Source: Felis catus (lineage: Eukaryota). Taken from it: a DNA stretch of 64,000 nt. Location of the stretch: positions 199,518,001 through 199,582,000 of the forward strand of contig NC_058368.1 of assembly GCF_018350175.1 (NCBI RefSeq), read 5' to 3'. The notes under the pieces were generated by a model that ran no database searches, was not told the DNA's origin, and saw only the letters and a program-made list of their open reading frames with translations. Made by a program: the position numbers and the translations under genes. Positions 13,333 through 26,112 of the stretch are shown piece by piece. Within the stretch, counting starts at the first letter, position 1. Each line of letters starts with the position of its first letter.

Positions 13333-15069
13333 GTCCTATGCAATTATATTGGTGCTGTTGCCTGAACCCTGATATTAATCAAGGATGTATAATGGTCAAT
13401 TTTGTTCAAAGCGTTTTGGTTTTAGCACTGTCGGCATGATTTTGTAACATGCATAGTCAATCTATTTTGTGAAGTCAATATGAAGATTAGTGCAAAGAGT
13501 ATGATTGATAAAATAAATCTGTGATCTCAGGGAAAATATTTCAACATAATCAAAACACTTGAAGAAATCAGTTAGTAGTTTTCTGAGGATTTCTGCTGTG
13601 GAAAAAATATGAAAGATCTAGTAGAAAGTGGTTAGAGAAGTGGTTTGAAGTGGTTAAATTCTTTAATGCATGACATCAAGACATGACATGAAAATGTACA
13701 AAAACGGATTGGAAACATGGCAATGGTGTAGATCCTTTGAGAATTCAGGCCTGTTCATTTAGACCTCTCCAGATTGGTTCCAGAGGAGTCAGGAAATTAG
13801 GGTAAAAGAGTGTTTGCTATCTCCTCTTTTTTATTGCCTGGAGTCCAAGTGGAATGTTTTGGCAGAACCCTAGAGACTAGTAGTTTGTCCAATCTAAATA
13901 TGTTGTATTGAAAGTTACCCTTAGGAATGAACAGTAGCCTACTGGTTCTTGATGCAGCCCACAGAAAATTTAATTTGTTTATTTTATAAGCTGGTCAAAT
14001 ATCCATCCACAATTTCCAGAGTTAACATTACAGAAGCAACTCAGTAGAACACATGTATATGAAATTATTTGGGAAAAAAGGAAATAGAACATTATGCATA
14101 TTATCAATGGACTTCTGGGAGGACATTTATTGGAGGTAAACAGGGTTGTTCAAAATTTTGTGTAATTTAGTTTGGAGCTATTTGTACTAAGAGACTCTTG
14201 ATGAGGATTACAAACTATGGAATCAGACTTAACTTTATTTTCAGAAAAGAGTCTTGCATGTTAAGAGGACAACAAAATTAACAGTATTCTGCCCAGTTTG
14301 GGTCACCATCTGTGCTGCAGATTTGGCTGTTAGTTGATTGGTTGCATTTTATAGTCATGGATATGGGAAAACATAGTCATGACTTATTATGATTATAAAT
14401 ACAGTCTATGTAAATGCACATATGTGTGTTTAAACACCAGCATAGATGCCCTTATATGCTCCTCCTGGTAAACGGTGCTATAGTTCTTTTTTTTTTTTTT
14501 TATAGTTCTAACATAAGCTAGATCTGGTAGGTTGCTATTTACATCTTTGTTATTTCCTCCATCAAGTGGCTGAAATTCAGAAGTCATTTGTAAACTAGTT
14601 GTAGCTAGAACCATAAACTCAGAAACTTTCAGGGTGTGTTTTAATTTGATGACCCTAATTTTTGATGTATGTGCTTTGGTTTCTTATATTTTACTTCTGT
14701 GTGCAAACAAGTCAAACTGTATTTAATATAGTTCTGGGACATGTGCCGCTGATGGACTTCTTCAGGTATAATTTATAGGGCAGTAGTGGCTTTTTTAGCA
14801 TGTGGGATAAGATATGAGCCTTCAACTGAGAGGTCTCAGTGATGGTTCCCAGTGTGTCCTGTCTTGGAGTCTTGCAGTTGTGCTCACATTTGTAATTATG
14901 AATCTTCAAGATGGAGCACAGCTCATGCTCAAATAGGAATTTTTTTCAATTATATTTTAAAACATTTTAAGTCTACAAATTCCGTTCCCCTAATACCTGT
15001 TTATAAGAGACTAAATTATATGCCCTTGACCTTCTTGAAAATTTTGCATAGTGATTTAAAATGTGTTCT

Positions 15070-15250
15070 CTGGAGTTAGAAAGCTTGCCTTTATGAGCCT
15101 GGACTACTACTTTTAAGGTCTCTATTTTCTTATTGGTGATATGTGATTATCAATGACATCTAAATCATAAGGTTAGTTTGAGAGGCATGTGAAGTGCCTC
15201 TCATAGTACTTGGTACCTGGTAAGTATTCAGTAAACACAAGCTATCTTAA
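15070..15250 (+). mobile_element. MIR SINE, diverged
   Basis: 'tggagttagaaag...catgtgaagtgcctctcatagtacttggtacctggtaagtattcagtaaa'. Confidence 0.55.
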
Positions 15251-16434
15251 TTAAGATTAAAACAATTATTATTATACTTCTATTACAAGAAGAGCTTAAG
15301 CAATATCTATCATCTATTTACTCTCTGAAAAAGTAGTCATGCTTGTTGAAGTACTGATAAATGTCTAGCTTCATGGAAAATCAGGTAAATGTAAATTGCA
15401 GTGTTACGTGCATCACAGATACAGGGTATGAAGCCAAATATGGCCATAAATTTCACTATGGCTTTTTTTTAAAGCATAATGATATGAGAAAGTTAAGTCA
15501 AATAAAGAGCACTATGAAATCAGCAGTATTTTAATATCACATTAGCAATTACATGGGATTATCCTAGAGTGATTTCCAAATGACTTATTCTATAACCCAA
15601 ACCAGTGCATTTTGTACACACATAAGCATGCACTTGCACGTGAACATTGATTTAGGAACAAAGACTCCCTGAGGGAGTTTCAAAAACTGCTATGTCCCAG
15701 CGTGCTAGTCTATATTTTACACCTATTTCTGAGTCAGCAGAAATATGTGTAGAATCATATTAAGTCTGATACCTCCCATTAGCCCATGAAGCCATAACCA
15801 CTATAGGGGTGGTATGAATTACTTATCTTATCCTAGGTCTGGAACATGTCATTATCACAAAATTCATTCCCTATGCAATCATCAGGGCTGATGGCAATAT
15901 AAGAACAGTTGGGGCATGAAACCACAGTAGATTCTCAGGATTATCTAGCATGTGGTAGATCAGAAGCAGAGGTATCGACTTCAGTTCTTTGTTGGAAGCA
16001 CTATTGTCCTGTAGACTGTGCAACAGGCATTAACTTGGGGGCCTAATTCTAATTGTTTCTTTGTCACTAACCTGTGGTGTGGTTTGCAGCTAGTCGATTG
16101 GTTTCTTTGTATGTAGATGAATGAATATACACTCAGAGGCTTGTGCATATGGTTGCAAATAGTCTTCAAAAAAAGCATTAAAGCAAGCTAGGGAGACTCA
16201 TTCCAAAGTTTTCAGACTGTAAGGGCCAAATCAACAAACCATTCCAGTAAGGAGCAAAGATGATCCAGTCCCACTTTGCCTAGTAAATGTTGTGGGAGGA
16301 TGACAATAAAACTGTTTTTCAACTCTCTTTATACCATGGAGTGTCATTCCTTCAGATTTATGTAGTTATTATAAGTCCTATGGTCTTTTTCAGGGGCTCT
16401 CAGTTTGGCCAGGGCATTGAGGAATAATGGGAAT

Positions 16435-16680
16435 CAGCAGCATAATACACTGGTAGAGAAGTAGGGCTGTGGAGACTTTGGAGACAGATGGTCAGGTGTT
16501 TGAAATCTCAGTTCTGCCACATACCATTGCTTGACCTTGGGAAGGTCACTTAATCATTTTAAAACTGTTTGCTCATCTATAAAATGGGAAAAATAATGGA
16601 AACTTCCTCATGGTGCGGTTATGTCGATCGTAGAAAATCCTTGGTATATTGCTTAGCTTGTAGTTAGCTGTTAAAAAGCG
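16435..16680 (+). mobile_element. MIR SINE
   Basis: 'ttgaaatctcagttctgccac...ttgaccttgggaaggtcacttaa...ctcatctataaaatggga'. Confidence 0.75.
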
Positions 16681-17362
16681 TAAGGTGATGCTATTGCATT
16701 CAAATAGATGAGGTAGTTTCCATTTTAGATTATGAAACTATAGTTCATATTTTATAGGTATTAATAACAAGAAGATTCTTAAGATTATCTTCCAGGATTC
16801 CATGAGCCCAGGAAAACAGGGTGAGACTTTGAGGATAGTGATGATCAGTTAATGTCAGCATTATGAAGTGTGGGAAACCTCCAATCCTGAAAGAGTTTAA
16901 TAATATTTATTCCCAAAGGTTGCTGTGAAATGTAAATAGGATAAGGAAAATAAAGTGCTAAGCACAGTGTTTGGTATGTAGTAAGCACTCAAAGACAACA
17001 TTTTTCCTTCTTTTACTTCTTGGATATAGTTGTCTTGGACCTGCAGCTTGAGTTTTCCTCAGGGTTGCCTGGGGGCACTGAAGGATCTGGCTCTACCTCA
17101 GGGGTTCCCAGCAGGTGTCTGGGTCCAAGGTGTGGTCCATCTGGAGAACTCTGGGGATATTGGATTGGTTACAAGATGGCTTCAAAAGAGAGGGACCCTA
17201 TAAGAGGGAAGCAGTATGATATACAAGAAAGAGCCTAAGGAAAAGTACTCAGAAATGTTGCTTTTTAATCTTAGTTCCACCACTTATTTGCCTTGTGACC
17301 TGAATGTGTTACTAATAATCTCCTAAATTTTGTCTTTTCCTCTTTAAGGTGGAAGAAATACT

Positions 17363-17575
17363 GGGGCGCCTGGATGGCTCAGTAGGTTAGGCGTCTGACT
17401 TCAGCTCAGATCATGATCTCATGGTTTGTGGGTTTGAGCCCCACGTCGGACTCTGTGCTGACAGCTCAGAGCCTGGTGCTTGCTTTGGATTCTGTGTCTC
17501 CCTCTCTCTCTACCCCTCCCTTGCTCATATTGTGTCTCTCTATCTCTTTCAAAAATAAATAAACATTAAAAAAAT
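17363..17575 (+). mobile_element. Can-SINE (SINEC_Fc-type, tRNA-derived) inserted in a MIR
   Basis: 'ggggcgcctggatggctcag' head, (CT)n tract and A tail; degenerate TSD tttaaggtggaagaaata / tttaagatgggagaaata; MIR-like flanks ~17210-17690. Confidence 0.95.
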
Positions 17576-17969
17576 TTTAAGATGGGAGAAATATTCTATG
17601 CCATATTATCTTTGGTGATAGTATAAATACCAAATGTGAAAGGTGACTAAATGAGGATGTTCTGAAGATGGAAAAGCATATAAATAAATGGAAGGTGGGA
17701 AGTAAATATGTTAAAATCAATCTGGAGTCCCTCAAGTAGGACAAAGCTAGCTCTTGATCAGGTTGTTGAAATGGTCATGGATGATGTCAAATTCAAGTTC
17801 TTTCCTCCTGAAACTTCCACTTGCATTTCTCATATGGGTTTAAGCTTGAGAAAGTAGCTCAGCTCAAATGCTAGACTTCTCTAAAGTCTCCTTTGATCTT
17901 CTGCCCCCACCCCCTCAATGCTGGAAGTAGTTGCTAAGATTTCTAAACATCTTTAATCCCTTATCCATA

Positions 17970-18315
17970 TTAGCAGTGTTCAATAGAAATACAATGTGAG
18001 ACACATATATAATTTTACATTTTTTGGTAGCCACATTAAAATGTTAAAAAAAACAAGTTTGAGTAATTTTAATTTTACTTAGTTAAATACATTAAATGTT
18101 TTATTTAGTTTTAATATTTTATTCAAATATTTTGTTTATGTCAAATGTTATAATTTCAACATGTAATCAATATACATTTTAATGAAACATTTAAATTGGT
18201 TTTTTCATATTGTACTTGAAATCCAGTGTGTACTTTACATTTACTGTATAAGCCAAATTTTAAGTGCTCAATGACCACATGTGGCTAGAGGTTACTATTA
18301 GGTCAGTACAGGTGT
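17970..18315. mobile_element. MER33-like hAT-Charlie DNA transposon
   Basis: 'gtgttcaatagaaatacaatgtgagacac...gtagccacattaaaa...aagtgctcaatgaccacatgtggctag...cagtacag'. Confidence 0.75.
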
Positions 18316-18379
18316 CTACGTTTCATGTGATATTAAGATGTGTCTTGTATTTGAAGTATGTATGTAAATGCTACAGATA

Positions 18380-18545
18380 TGTTATTAGACTGTGTGGACT
18401 TCCTGAGGACAGGATTCCTGTATGGTTGGTCTTTGTTTCCTTCATGATGTACAACACTTCATTTTGCATATAGTAGGTACTCATTCAGTGGATTGAATAA
18501 ATTAATATTTTAACAAAGGAACAAGTGAATGAATGAATAAAATAA
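18380..18545 (+). mobile_element. LINE-2 3' end fragment
   Basis: 'ttagactgtg...tcctgaggacagga...catatagtaggtactca...gaatgaatgaat'. Confidence 0.7.
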
Positions 18546-20581
18546 ACTGAAGAGCCAGCTTTTTTCTTTTAATCTGGGAAATACCACTTTAATCAATACA
18601 ATCGTATGATGTCTTAGTGTTGGCCTTCTACTAATCAATGCAACCAGTATTTACCAAGTACCTACTATAAGTAAGGTATGTGCTAAGTGCTACAGGGTCT
18701 ATCTTGTTGAATAAAAATACAGTCTTCCTCTAAATGACCTTAGTTGCCATGGTCACCTAAGTTAGGGATAAATTAGTGCTCTGTGTAGCATCTTTGAAAG
18801 GGGAGACATAATTCATCATGCTATTCAGCAATCTAGGATTTTGCATACCTAATGAGTTACATGAATTTGCCTAGAAATTTGCCATTTTAACCATGCAAAA
18901 CAACTTTTATAAAAGATGTGCTTCTCCCCCCATATCCTGCTATTTTAGAAGCAAACAAGATGAGGGAGTGTTTTAAATTCACATTACTAACTTGCAATAA
19001 GTTATCCCTGAGGAACTTAAGAACTTAATATTATTTTGGGCTTCAGGGGGAAAAACTGACACTGAGTGCTATAAATATATCAAAATCTAATCCAGTTTAA
19101 TGGGATGGGCACATATCTTTCCCTGGGGGAGTTCCCAAATTCCATGTTCTGGCCCATGAATACTTGGTTTTGTCTTGGATTTTTAGTCAGTAAAAAATGT
19201 TGACTTGTTTGATGACTTTTCTGAATTGGGAGTTCTTTGAGGGTCAGGAGTATCTATCTCTCTGTCTCTCTATCTACTTACCTACCAATCTTCTAACCAT
19301 TTATCTATTCAGTTATGCACCTAGAACACCCTAGCTCATATTGGGAGTTCAGCAAATGTCTTTGGAGTGAACAATGCAAAGTAAAATCTATGATGATTTT
19401 TATTTGTGATTCATTACATCTATCCTCTGAGATTAGTAATCTGCATTTGCCAAATGAGGAGAAAATGTGAATGACCAGGGTTGTGCCCTCTATATACTGT
19501 CTTATTCATGACTAATCATGTTCACAAATTTGTGATGTACTTTCCTATAATGTTTTTTTTCCTCATACCTTTTCCCCTTCATATGACTCATTTTGTTACA
19601 ACTCTTACATATTAATCATTTTAAAACCACAGTACTCTGAATCATTGATGTATCCTGGGTTACAATGAAATCCATCCACTAGGAAATGAGAGCCCTTCTA
19701 GGAAACATCTTGGTGCCACGTGGCTCTTTTGATAAGGTTCCAGGCTACAAAATTGAGTCTGTCTAGAGGAAAACATTGGAATTGATCTTCAGTATTCTGT
19801 AGGGAACTAAGAAGGACAAGAGTGGTTATGAATACTGGCAGTTTCTCAAGACTATTGTGTGAGTGTGAATGTACTGCTGTTTAAACTTATTTCAACCACA
19901 TAATGCTTTTTATAATGGAAGGGTATAGTATATGATTGGGAAATAAGTTTTTACACAGCAACTCTGCAGTGGACACCAAACTAATTTCCTTTTCCTGCTC
20001 CAGATTCTTTTGCATGGTATTAATGCTGAACTTCTACAATTTGTTTCCAGACATAAAGCTTGATTGTCAGAGCCTCTTACACTAGAAGTCTTTAATCTTC
20101 CTATCTAACCATCTTAACATAGGTTATGTTTGTTTTCATAAACATAGTAGTAAGATTTGGGCTGCATGAGAAAGAAATATGCTGACTGAATAACTGGATT
20201 ATTGGAAGGTTGTACAGTGTGTGTTTTACTGGTTATGAAATCAAAGGCTGTATAATCTTTGTTGATGTTTAAGTGTCATGATGTGCTGCCTACAGACTGG
20301 GGAGGTTACATTACACATTGAGTCAATCTTGAATTTTAAGGCACTCTACACCCTTATATGTTATTACTCACCACTAGTATCTCAGCACTTTTATTTTTCA
20401 CAGTTGAAAATTTGCTTTTAAATTTCTTTTAAGAAATGTAATATATGAGCCAGTTCTTTGGAAACATTTTCAATTTATTCTGGGATTCTAAAGCTTTATA
20501 GGATCTCAACTTTCTTTTGAGCCAATTTGGTAAAATGGCAAAATTGGGACTTATAGCTTATAAGGAAAACTAACAGTATAT

Positions 20582-20800
20582 GGGGGTACCTGGGTGGCTC
20601 AGTCGGTTAAGCGTCTGACTTTGGCTCAGGTCGTGACCTCATGGTTTGTGAGTTCGAGCCTCGTATTGGGCTCTGTGCTGACAGCTCAGAGCCTGGACCC
20701 TGCTTCAGATTTTGTGTCTCCATCTTTCTCTGCCCTTCTCTCTCTCTCTCTCAAAAATGAATAAACATTAAAACAACAACAACAACAACAACAACAACAG
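20582..20800 (+). mobile_element. Can-SINE with (AAC)n tail
   Basis: 'gggggtacctgggtggctcagtcggttaagcgtctgac' head; flanking repeat 'aacagtat' on both sides. Confidence 0.95.
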
Positions 20801-21366
20801 TATCGTTTCATGTGTTCCTATCCAAACCCATTTTGTGGGTGTAGTTCTTCACTGTCCCTGGTCCTATATTTTTCCCATTCACTCTTTGAAATATTTTTCC
20901 TTTTAGTTACAAGAGCAGTTTCATTTCAGAATGTATGTCATGCCTGCTGTAATAATTACAAGACAAACACATGTTGGGCCTCAGTCCAACTTAAAGCTTG
21001 GTATCTCCCTAACTTAGGCCTGCCGCAACCAGCCTTCAGAGCCAAGAGAGGGCTGGTGACATTGCCAGTTCCTCTGCCTTCTTCCTCTCTTCCTCTGCTT
21101 CTATTTCTCTATGTAGTTTTGGTTCCTGCAAAGTGGAGGAAATATGGGGACAGGAGAGTCATACTTGCAGAACCTAGTGGCAATCAGGCACTGAGTTCCT
21201 CCAGTAGAGGAACTCTGCCCTGGAGGTGCTTTGTAGGCATTTTAGAGATGTCACTGCAGGGCCTCCTAATGTACCTCTCTTGACTCAGGGAGAAACTTGT
21301 TCTCAGCTGGTCATGTGATCTGTTAAATCTGTTTCTTTCCCCAGCATATGCTCCTTTAGGTGGTGG

Positions 21367-21803
21367 TGTAGGCTGAATTGCGTCTTCTCCAAAAGATATG
21401 TTGAAGTTCCAACTCTTGACACTTATGAATTTGACCTTATCTGTAAGTAAGATCTTTGCAAATATTATTACTTAAGATGAGTTCATCAAGGCAGACCCTA
21501 ATCCATATGACTCACGTCCCTATAAGAGGAGGAGATAGAGACACACAGAGAGGCACTATGTGACTGCAGAAGCAGGGATTACAGTAAGGGAACTGCAAGT
21601 TAAGAAACATGAATGATTGATGGCTGCCACCAGGAGCTGAAAGAGGCCAGGAAAGACTCTCCCCACAGGCTCAGGGGGAGCATGGTCCTCCTGACACCTT
21701 TGTTTTAAGCGTCTAGCCTCCAGAACAGGGAGAACATACATTTCTGTTTTTTAAGCATCTAGTTTGTTGTATTTGGTTACAACAGCTCTAGGAAATGGAT
21801 ACA
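21367..21803 (+). mobile_element. MaLR solo LTR (MLT1B/C-like)
   Basis: TG...CA ends; 'ggctgaattgcgtc...aaaagatatgttgaagt', 'ccctaatcca', 'tagcctccagaac', 'ttggttacaacagctctaggaaatggataca'. Confidence 0.85.
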
Positions 21804-22984
21804 GATGCGATCACTTTTGATATCATGACATTCCTACTTCAGGTCTCCAGGAATTATGCATCTTTAACCTGCCATTGGCAAGAAAGCAGTAACTTTTCAG
21901 CTTTTCAACTCAAGTGTATTTTCAAGGGTGAGTCGGGTAGTAGTCCATTGTGTGTACTAGACTGCAGGGGACACACTTTCCCCCATGGAGTAGGACGAGG
22001 AACTGCCAGTGAGCCAACAGCCTTTGATTTCTAACAATTTCAGCCCTTTCAAAGCGTCTCTGCTATTGGGCTGCAGATAAGAAACTTCTATTGCAGGCTC
22101 TGCACAAGTCACTTAGCACCTCACTTTGGCGATTAGGAGTATTTGCATCTGTTCTTTTAGTTTCTGCCTTTTTGGATCCTCCACCAAAATTGAAACAAAA
22201 TATCCCATTTTAACAGTCTGATTTAAGTCTAAATTAATTTCTGCTAGATCATCAAGTTTATTGATATTAAGTTGGACAGAGGTTTTTTTTTAAGTTTTAA
22301 AAAAAATCTATATTTGCAGTTATGTTCCTTTTTGGTTCATAGGTTGTTTATACTTTCTCTCTCTTTTACTCCTTGATCAAACTTGCTAGCCTTTATTTTG
22401 TATACTGTATTAGTCTTTCTAAAGAGTCAGTTTTTTATTTTACTGATAATTCTGCTAACATATTTGTCATTGTCAACTTCATCTATTTTTTGTTTAAAGT
22501 TTGTTAATTTCTATATTCTTTATTTGGTTTATTTGGTTGTTGCTTACCTTTCAGAGATGGAAGCTTGGTCACTTGTTACGAGCCATTTTTTTCCAGCAAG
22601 TGCATTTTTTCCCTAAGTATCAGTGTGGCTATGTATCAGATACGCTCATTAAATGTTTATCTGCTCTGCCGTTTCCTCTTTCCCACTTCCTAAGATCTTG
22701 CATTTGCTTAGGAATCTTTCCTGCACTTAGATACATAGGGCTGTTACATTAATTTTTTTCTAAATCATTTTAAACTTCCATTTGGTTTATTCTTTAATCC
22801 AAAAGTTATTTAGAAGACTGGTTTACATGATTAAATACTTTGGAACTGCTACTGACCTTTTGTTGTTACCTTTTGGGTTGCTGACCTTTTCATATTAACT
22901 TTTAAATTTTAATTGGATTTTCTTTTATTGGATTTCAGTAGCATGTTATTGTATTACAATCAGTTAATATGGTCACATGTCTTC

Positions 22985-23193
22985 TTTTTTTTAAGTTTAT
23001 TTATTTTGAGAGAGAGAGAAAACACAAGTGGGAGAAGGGCAGAGAGAGAGAGAGGGAGAGAGAGAGAGAGAGAATTCCAAGGAGACTCTCCACTGTCAGT
23101 GCAGAGCTTGATGTGGGACTCAAACTCACAAATCATGAGATCATGACCTGAGCCAAAGTCAGACGCTTAACCGACTGAGCCACCCAGGCACGC
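22985..23193 (-). mobile_element. Can-SINE
   Basis: Poly(T), (GA)n, then 'agatcatgacctgagccaaagtcagacgcttaaccgactgagccacccaggcac'. Confidence 0.95.
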
Positions 23194-23640
23194 TTGTCTC
23201 ATGATGTATGCTTTGGAAATTTATTAACATTTCCTTTAGTTTTTGGTACATGGTGGATTTTTATGACTGTTCCCTGTATTTGAAAAGAACAGACATTCTG
23301 TTTGTTGGGTACAAAGTTTGATAACAATTTATAGATTAAGCAATTTAATGGTATATCACAATTTCTCTATATTCTCACTTGTGAATTAATTTTTAAATAT
23401 ACATGTGTTAAAAATTTCTTACTATGGTTGTGAGTACAACCACATACAATTTTTCTTTGTATTTTTTGTAGGATTTTGATTTCAAAGGCTATCAGGAGCA
23501 CAAATATCTATGACCTTAATAGAGTTTTAATAGATTTTATATTTCATTAATATGAAATATCCATCTTTGTCACCTTTTAGTGATTTTTATCCTGAATTTA
23601 TCTTATTTTATATTAATGTTACCATATCTGCTATTCTTTT

Positions 23641-24120
23641 TTAAAAAAATTATATTATTGTGGTTAGAATAGATCTACTTAACATGAGATCTACTTAACA
23701 TGAGCTGTACTCTCCTAACAAATTTTTTAGCAAAGGAAACAACAGAGTGAAAAGGCAACTTATGGAATGGGAGAAAATATTTGCAAATCATATTTGATAA
23801 TGGATTCATCTCCAAAATGTACAAGCAACTCTTACAACTGAATAGCAGAAAAACTAACAACCTGATTTAAAGGTGGGCTAAGAACTTGAACAGATATTTC
23901 TCCAGAGAAGATATACAAATGGCCAACAATTGTATGAAAAAATGTTCAATGCACTAATCATCAGAGAAATGAAAATCAAAACCACAGTGAGATCATCTCA
24001 CACCTGTATAGATGACTATTATCAAAAAGCAAAAGATAAGTGTTGGTGAAGATATGGAGAAAATGAAACCCTTGTGCACTGTTTGTGGGAATGCAAAATG
24101 GTGCAGCTATTATGGAAAAC
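23641..24120. mobile_element. Short 5'-inverted (twin-primed) L1 insertion
   Basis: ~90 bp minus-strand 3' end joined at ~23730 to a plus-strand ORF2 C-terminal segment (MEWEKIFANH); degenerate TSD atatctgctattctttt (23624-23640) / atatcctgctatctttt (24122-24138). Confidence 0.75.
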
Positions 24121-25015
24121 TATATCCTGCTATCTTTTGTTAGCATCTGTTTTAAATACCTTTTTTACCTTTCTTTATTTTTAACCTCCTGAGTTGTTTC
24201 ATTATACTTGGATGTCTGAAAAAGATCATATATAGCTGTCATGTTTCCACAGTATGAGAATCTTTGTCTTTCAATGCAAAGCACATTTTCCTTGCATTTT
24301 GTAAATTTAACCCATGGCAGTTTATCATAGTTACTGATATACTAGAATATGTTCTTGCAATTATATTTTATGGTTTTCCATTGTATGCTTTCTTGGTGTT
24401 ACTTTTTTCCTTATTGCTTTCTATGTGATTTGGTTCTCATTGTTCCTTTTTTCCTCCAAATGATTTGGAAGTAATATGTCCTAACTCTTAGTGGTTAGCC
24501 TTAAGTTTTTTTAACAAGCACACTTAAACTTATAAAGAAAATCAACAGCTAGAGGGGATCAGCATCTATATGTCTCCTCCTAGGACAGTAAGAACACCAA
24601 CTCTCTTTCTGCTATCCCTCCCTGTCCTTTGACACATACCCCTCACTTCTTTCACTTTCTTTTTACCCTCTGTAACCCTCCAGCATCCAGTCAGTTTCAC
24701 CTTTTGTCCCTCCATGGAGTAGGGTAGATGGGTTAGGGGTGGGGTAATTTCAGGTTGAATTCTTCTGCTTTGCTCGTGGAGGTCTTAAGTGCTTAAAGTC
24801 CTTGAAAATGAAAACAGCTAAGAAAAAACTTTCCCTTGATAACATTGAAAAATCTCGTATAACATAGTTTGGATGAATTATTTACTCCAACACAATGGTC
24901 TGTATTTTCCATCTAACCAAAGGTTCAGTCCTATAAACCCAAGAGAAGGGAATGTACAGAGAAAAGAAAGGGGAGTAGAGAAGTGCCATTCACACTGCAA
25001 CATTTAAAATGTATG

Positions 25016-25212
25016 GGGGTGCCTGTGTGGCTCAGTCAGGTGAGCTTCCATCTTCAGCTGAGGTCATGATCTAACAGTTCATGGATTCGAGCCCTCTGCA
25101 TCGGGCTCTGTGCGGACAGCTCAGAGCCTGGAGCTTGCCTGGGAGCCTCTGTCCCTGTCTCTCTCTGCCCCTCCTCTACTTATGCTGTCTCTCTTGAGCA
25201 ATTAAACATTAA
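25016..25212 (+). mobile_element. Can-SINE (first of tandem pair)
   Basis: 'ggggtgcctgtgtggctcagtcag' head; TSD taaaatgtatg / taagatgtatg. Confidence 0.92.
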
Positions 25213-25226
25213 GATGTATGTATCAT

Positions 25227-25416
25227 GGTGCACCTGAGTGGCTAAGTTGGTTGAGCATTGGAGTCTTGATTTTGGCTCAGGTCATGATTCCAGGGTCATG
25301 GGATTGAGCCCCGCATCAGGCTCTGAGCTGAGGGTGGAATCTGCTTAAGATTTTCTCTCTCTCTCCCTCTCTCTCTCTGCCCCTCTTCTGCTTGTATGTG
25401 CTCTCTCTCTTTAAAA

Positions 25417-25463
<47 letters not shown>
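25227..25463 (+). mobile_element. Can-SINE of a different subfamily with (TAAA)n tail
   Basis: Lacks the 'acagctcagagcctgg' block; TSD aagatgtatgtatca / aaaatatatgtatca. Confidence 0.92.
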
Positions 25464-25465
<2 letters not shown>

Positions 25466-25469
25466 AATA

Positions 25470-25955
25470 TATGTATCAAAAAACTGTAAACAAAATCAAA
25501 AGAGTAAAAATATAGTCAGAAAAAGATTTGTAGCCACTAGATATAGAAACCTTAATAAGACTGCTTCTGAAAACATTAAGAAATAGAACATGATGTGAAA
25601 GATAATTTGTTGAAAATACAAATAGCTAATATGCATAAAGATGATGAGCATCATTAATAAGTAATCAAAAACAAATTCAAGCCACAGTGAAATGCTCTTT
25701 TTTTCTTATTGTATTGGCAAAAAAGTTGTAAAATCAGTGAAAATACCAAATGTTGGTGAGGATGTGGGAAAAGTATAATTCATTGCTGAAAGGACTATAG
25801 ATTGATACAATCTATCTTGTAGATAGATTGGTACAAACTTTTTAAAATGCAGTTATTTCCATTAATATTATTTCTATTAATCTAAATGTAAATAAATTAT
25901 AACCCTGAGAGACCAGGATCTCACTGCTAAGAATTAATCCCATAGAAATAACAAA
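25470..25955 (+). mobile_element. Ancient L1 ORF2 3' fragment
   Basis: 'aataccaaatgttggtgaggatgtggg', 'caaattcaagccacagtgaaatg'. Confidence 0.6.
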
Positions 25956-25989
25956 CTATTTTAAGATAGCCTTTCTTCCGTCAACATGT

Positions 25990-26112
25990 TTTTTAAAAAG
26001 TTTTATTTAAATTCTAGTTAGTTAACATACAGTGTAATATTAGTTTCAGGTGTACTGTATAGTGATTCAGCACTTCCCTATAATAGCCAGTGCTCACCAC
26101 AAGTGCATTCCT
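25990..26112 (-). mobile_element. Very short carnivore L1 3' end inserted in an L2 tail
   Basis: 'ttttatttaaattctagttagttaacatacagtgtaatattagtttcaggtgt', the same 3' end as at 36721, 46725 and 53090. Confidence 0.85.

Larger units (their letters stand above)
22270..24540 (-). mobile_element. Very old L1-like T-rich fragments hosting a SINE and a younger L1
   Basis: Degenerate motifs 'ttctgtttgttgggtacaaagttt', 'tatgaaatatccatctttgtc', 'gagaatctttgtctttc'. Confidence 0.55.

Noticed and set aside
15400..15415. TACGTG hypoxia-response-like motif
   Set aside because: A single hexamer with no promoter context; expected by chance in 64 kb.
20810..21283. 157-aa ORF
   Set aside because: No recognisable domain, no supporting splice or promoter context; length is within chance range.
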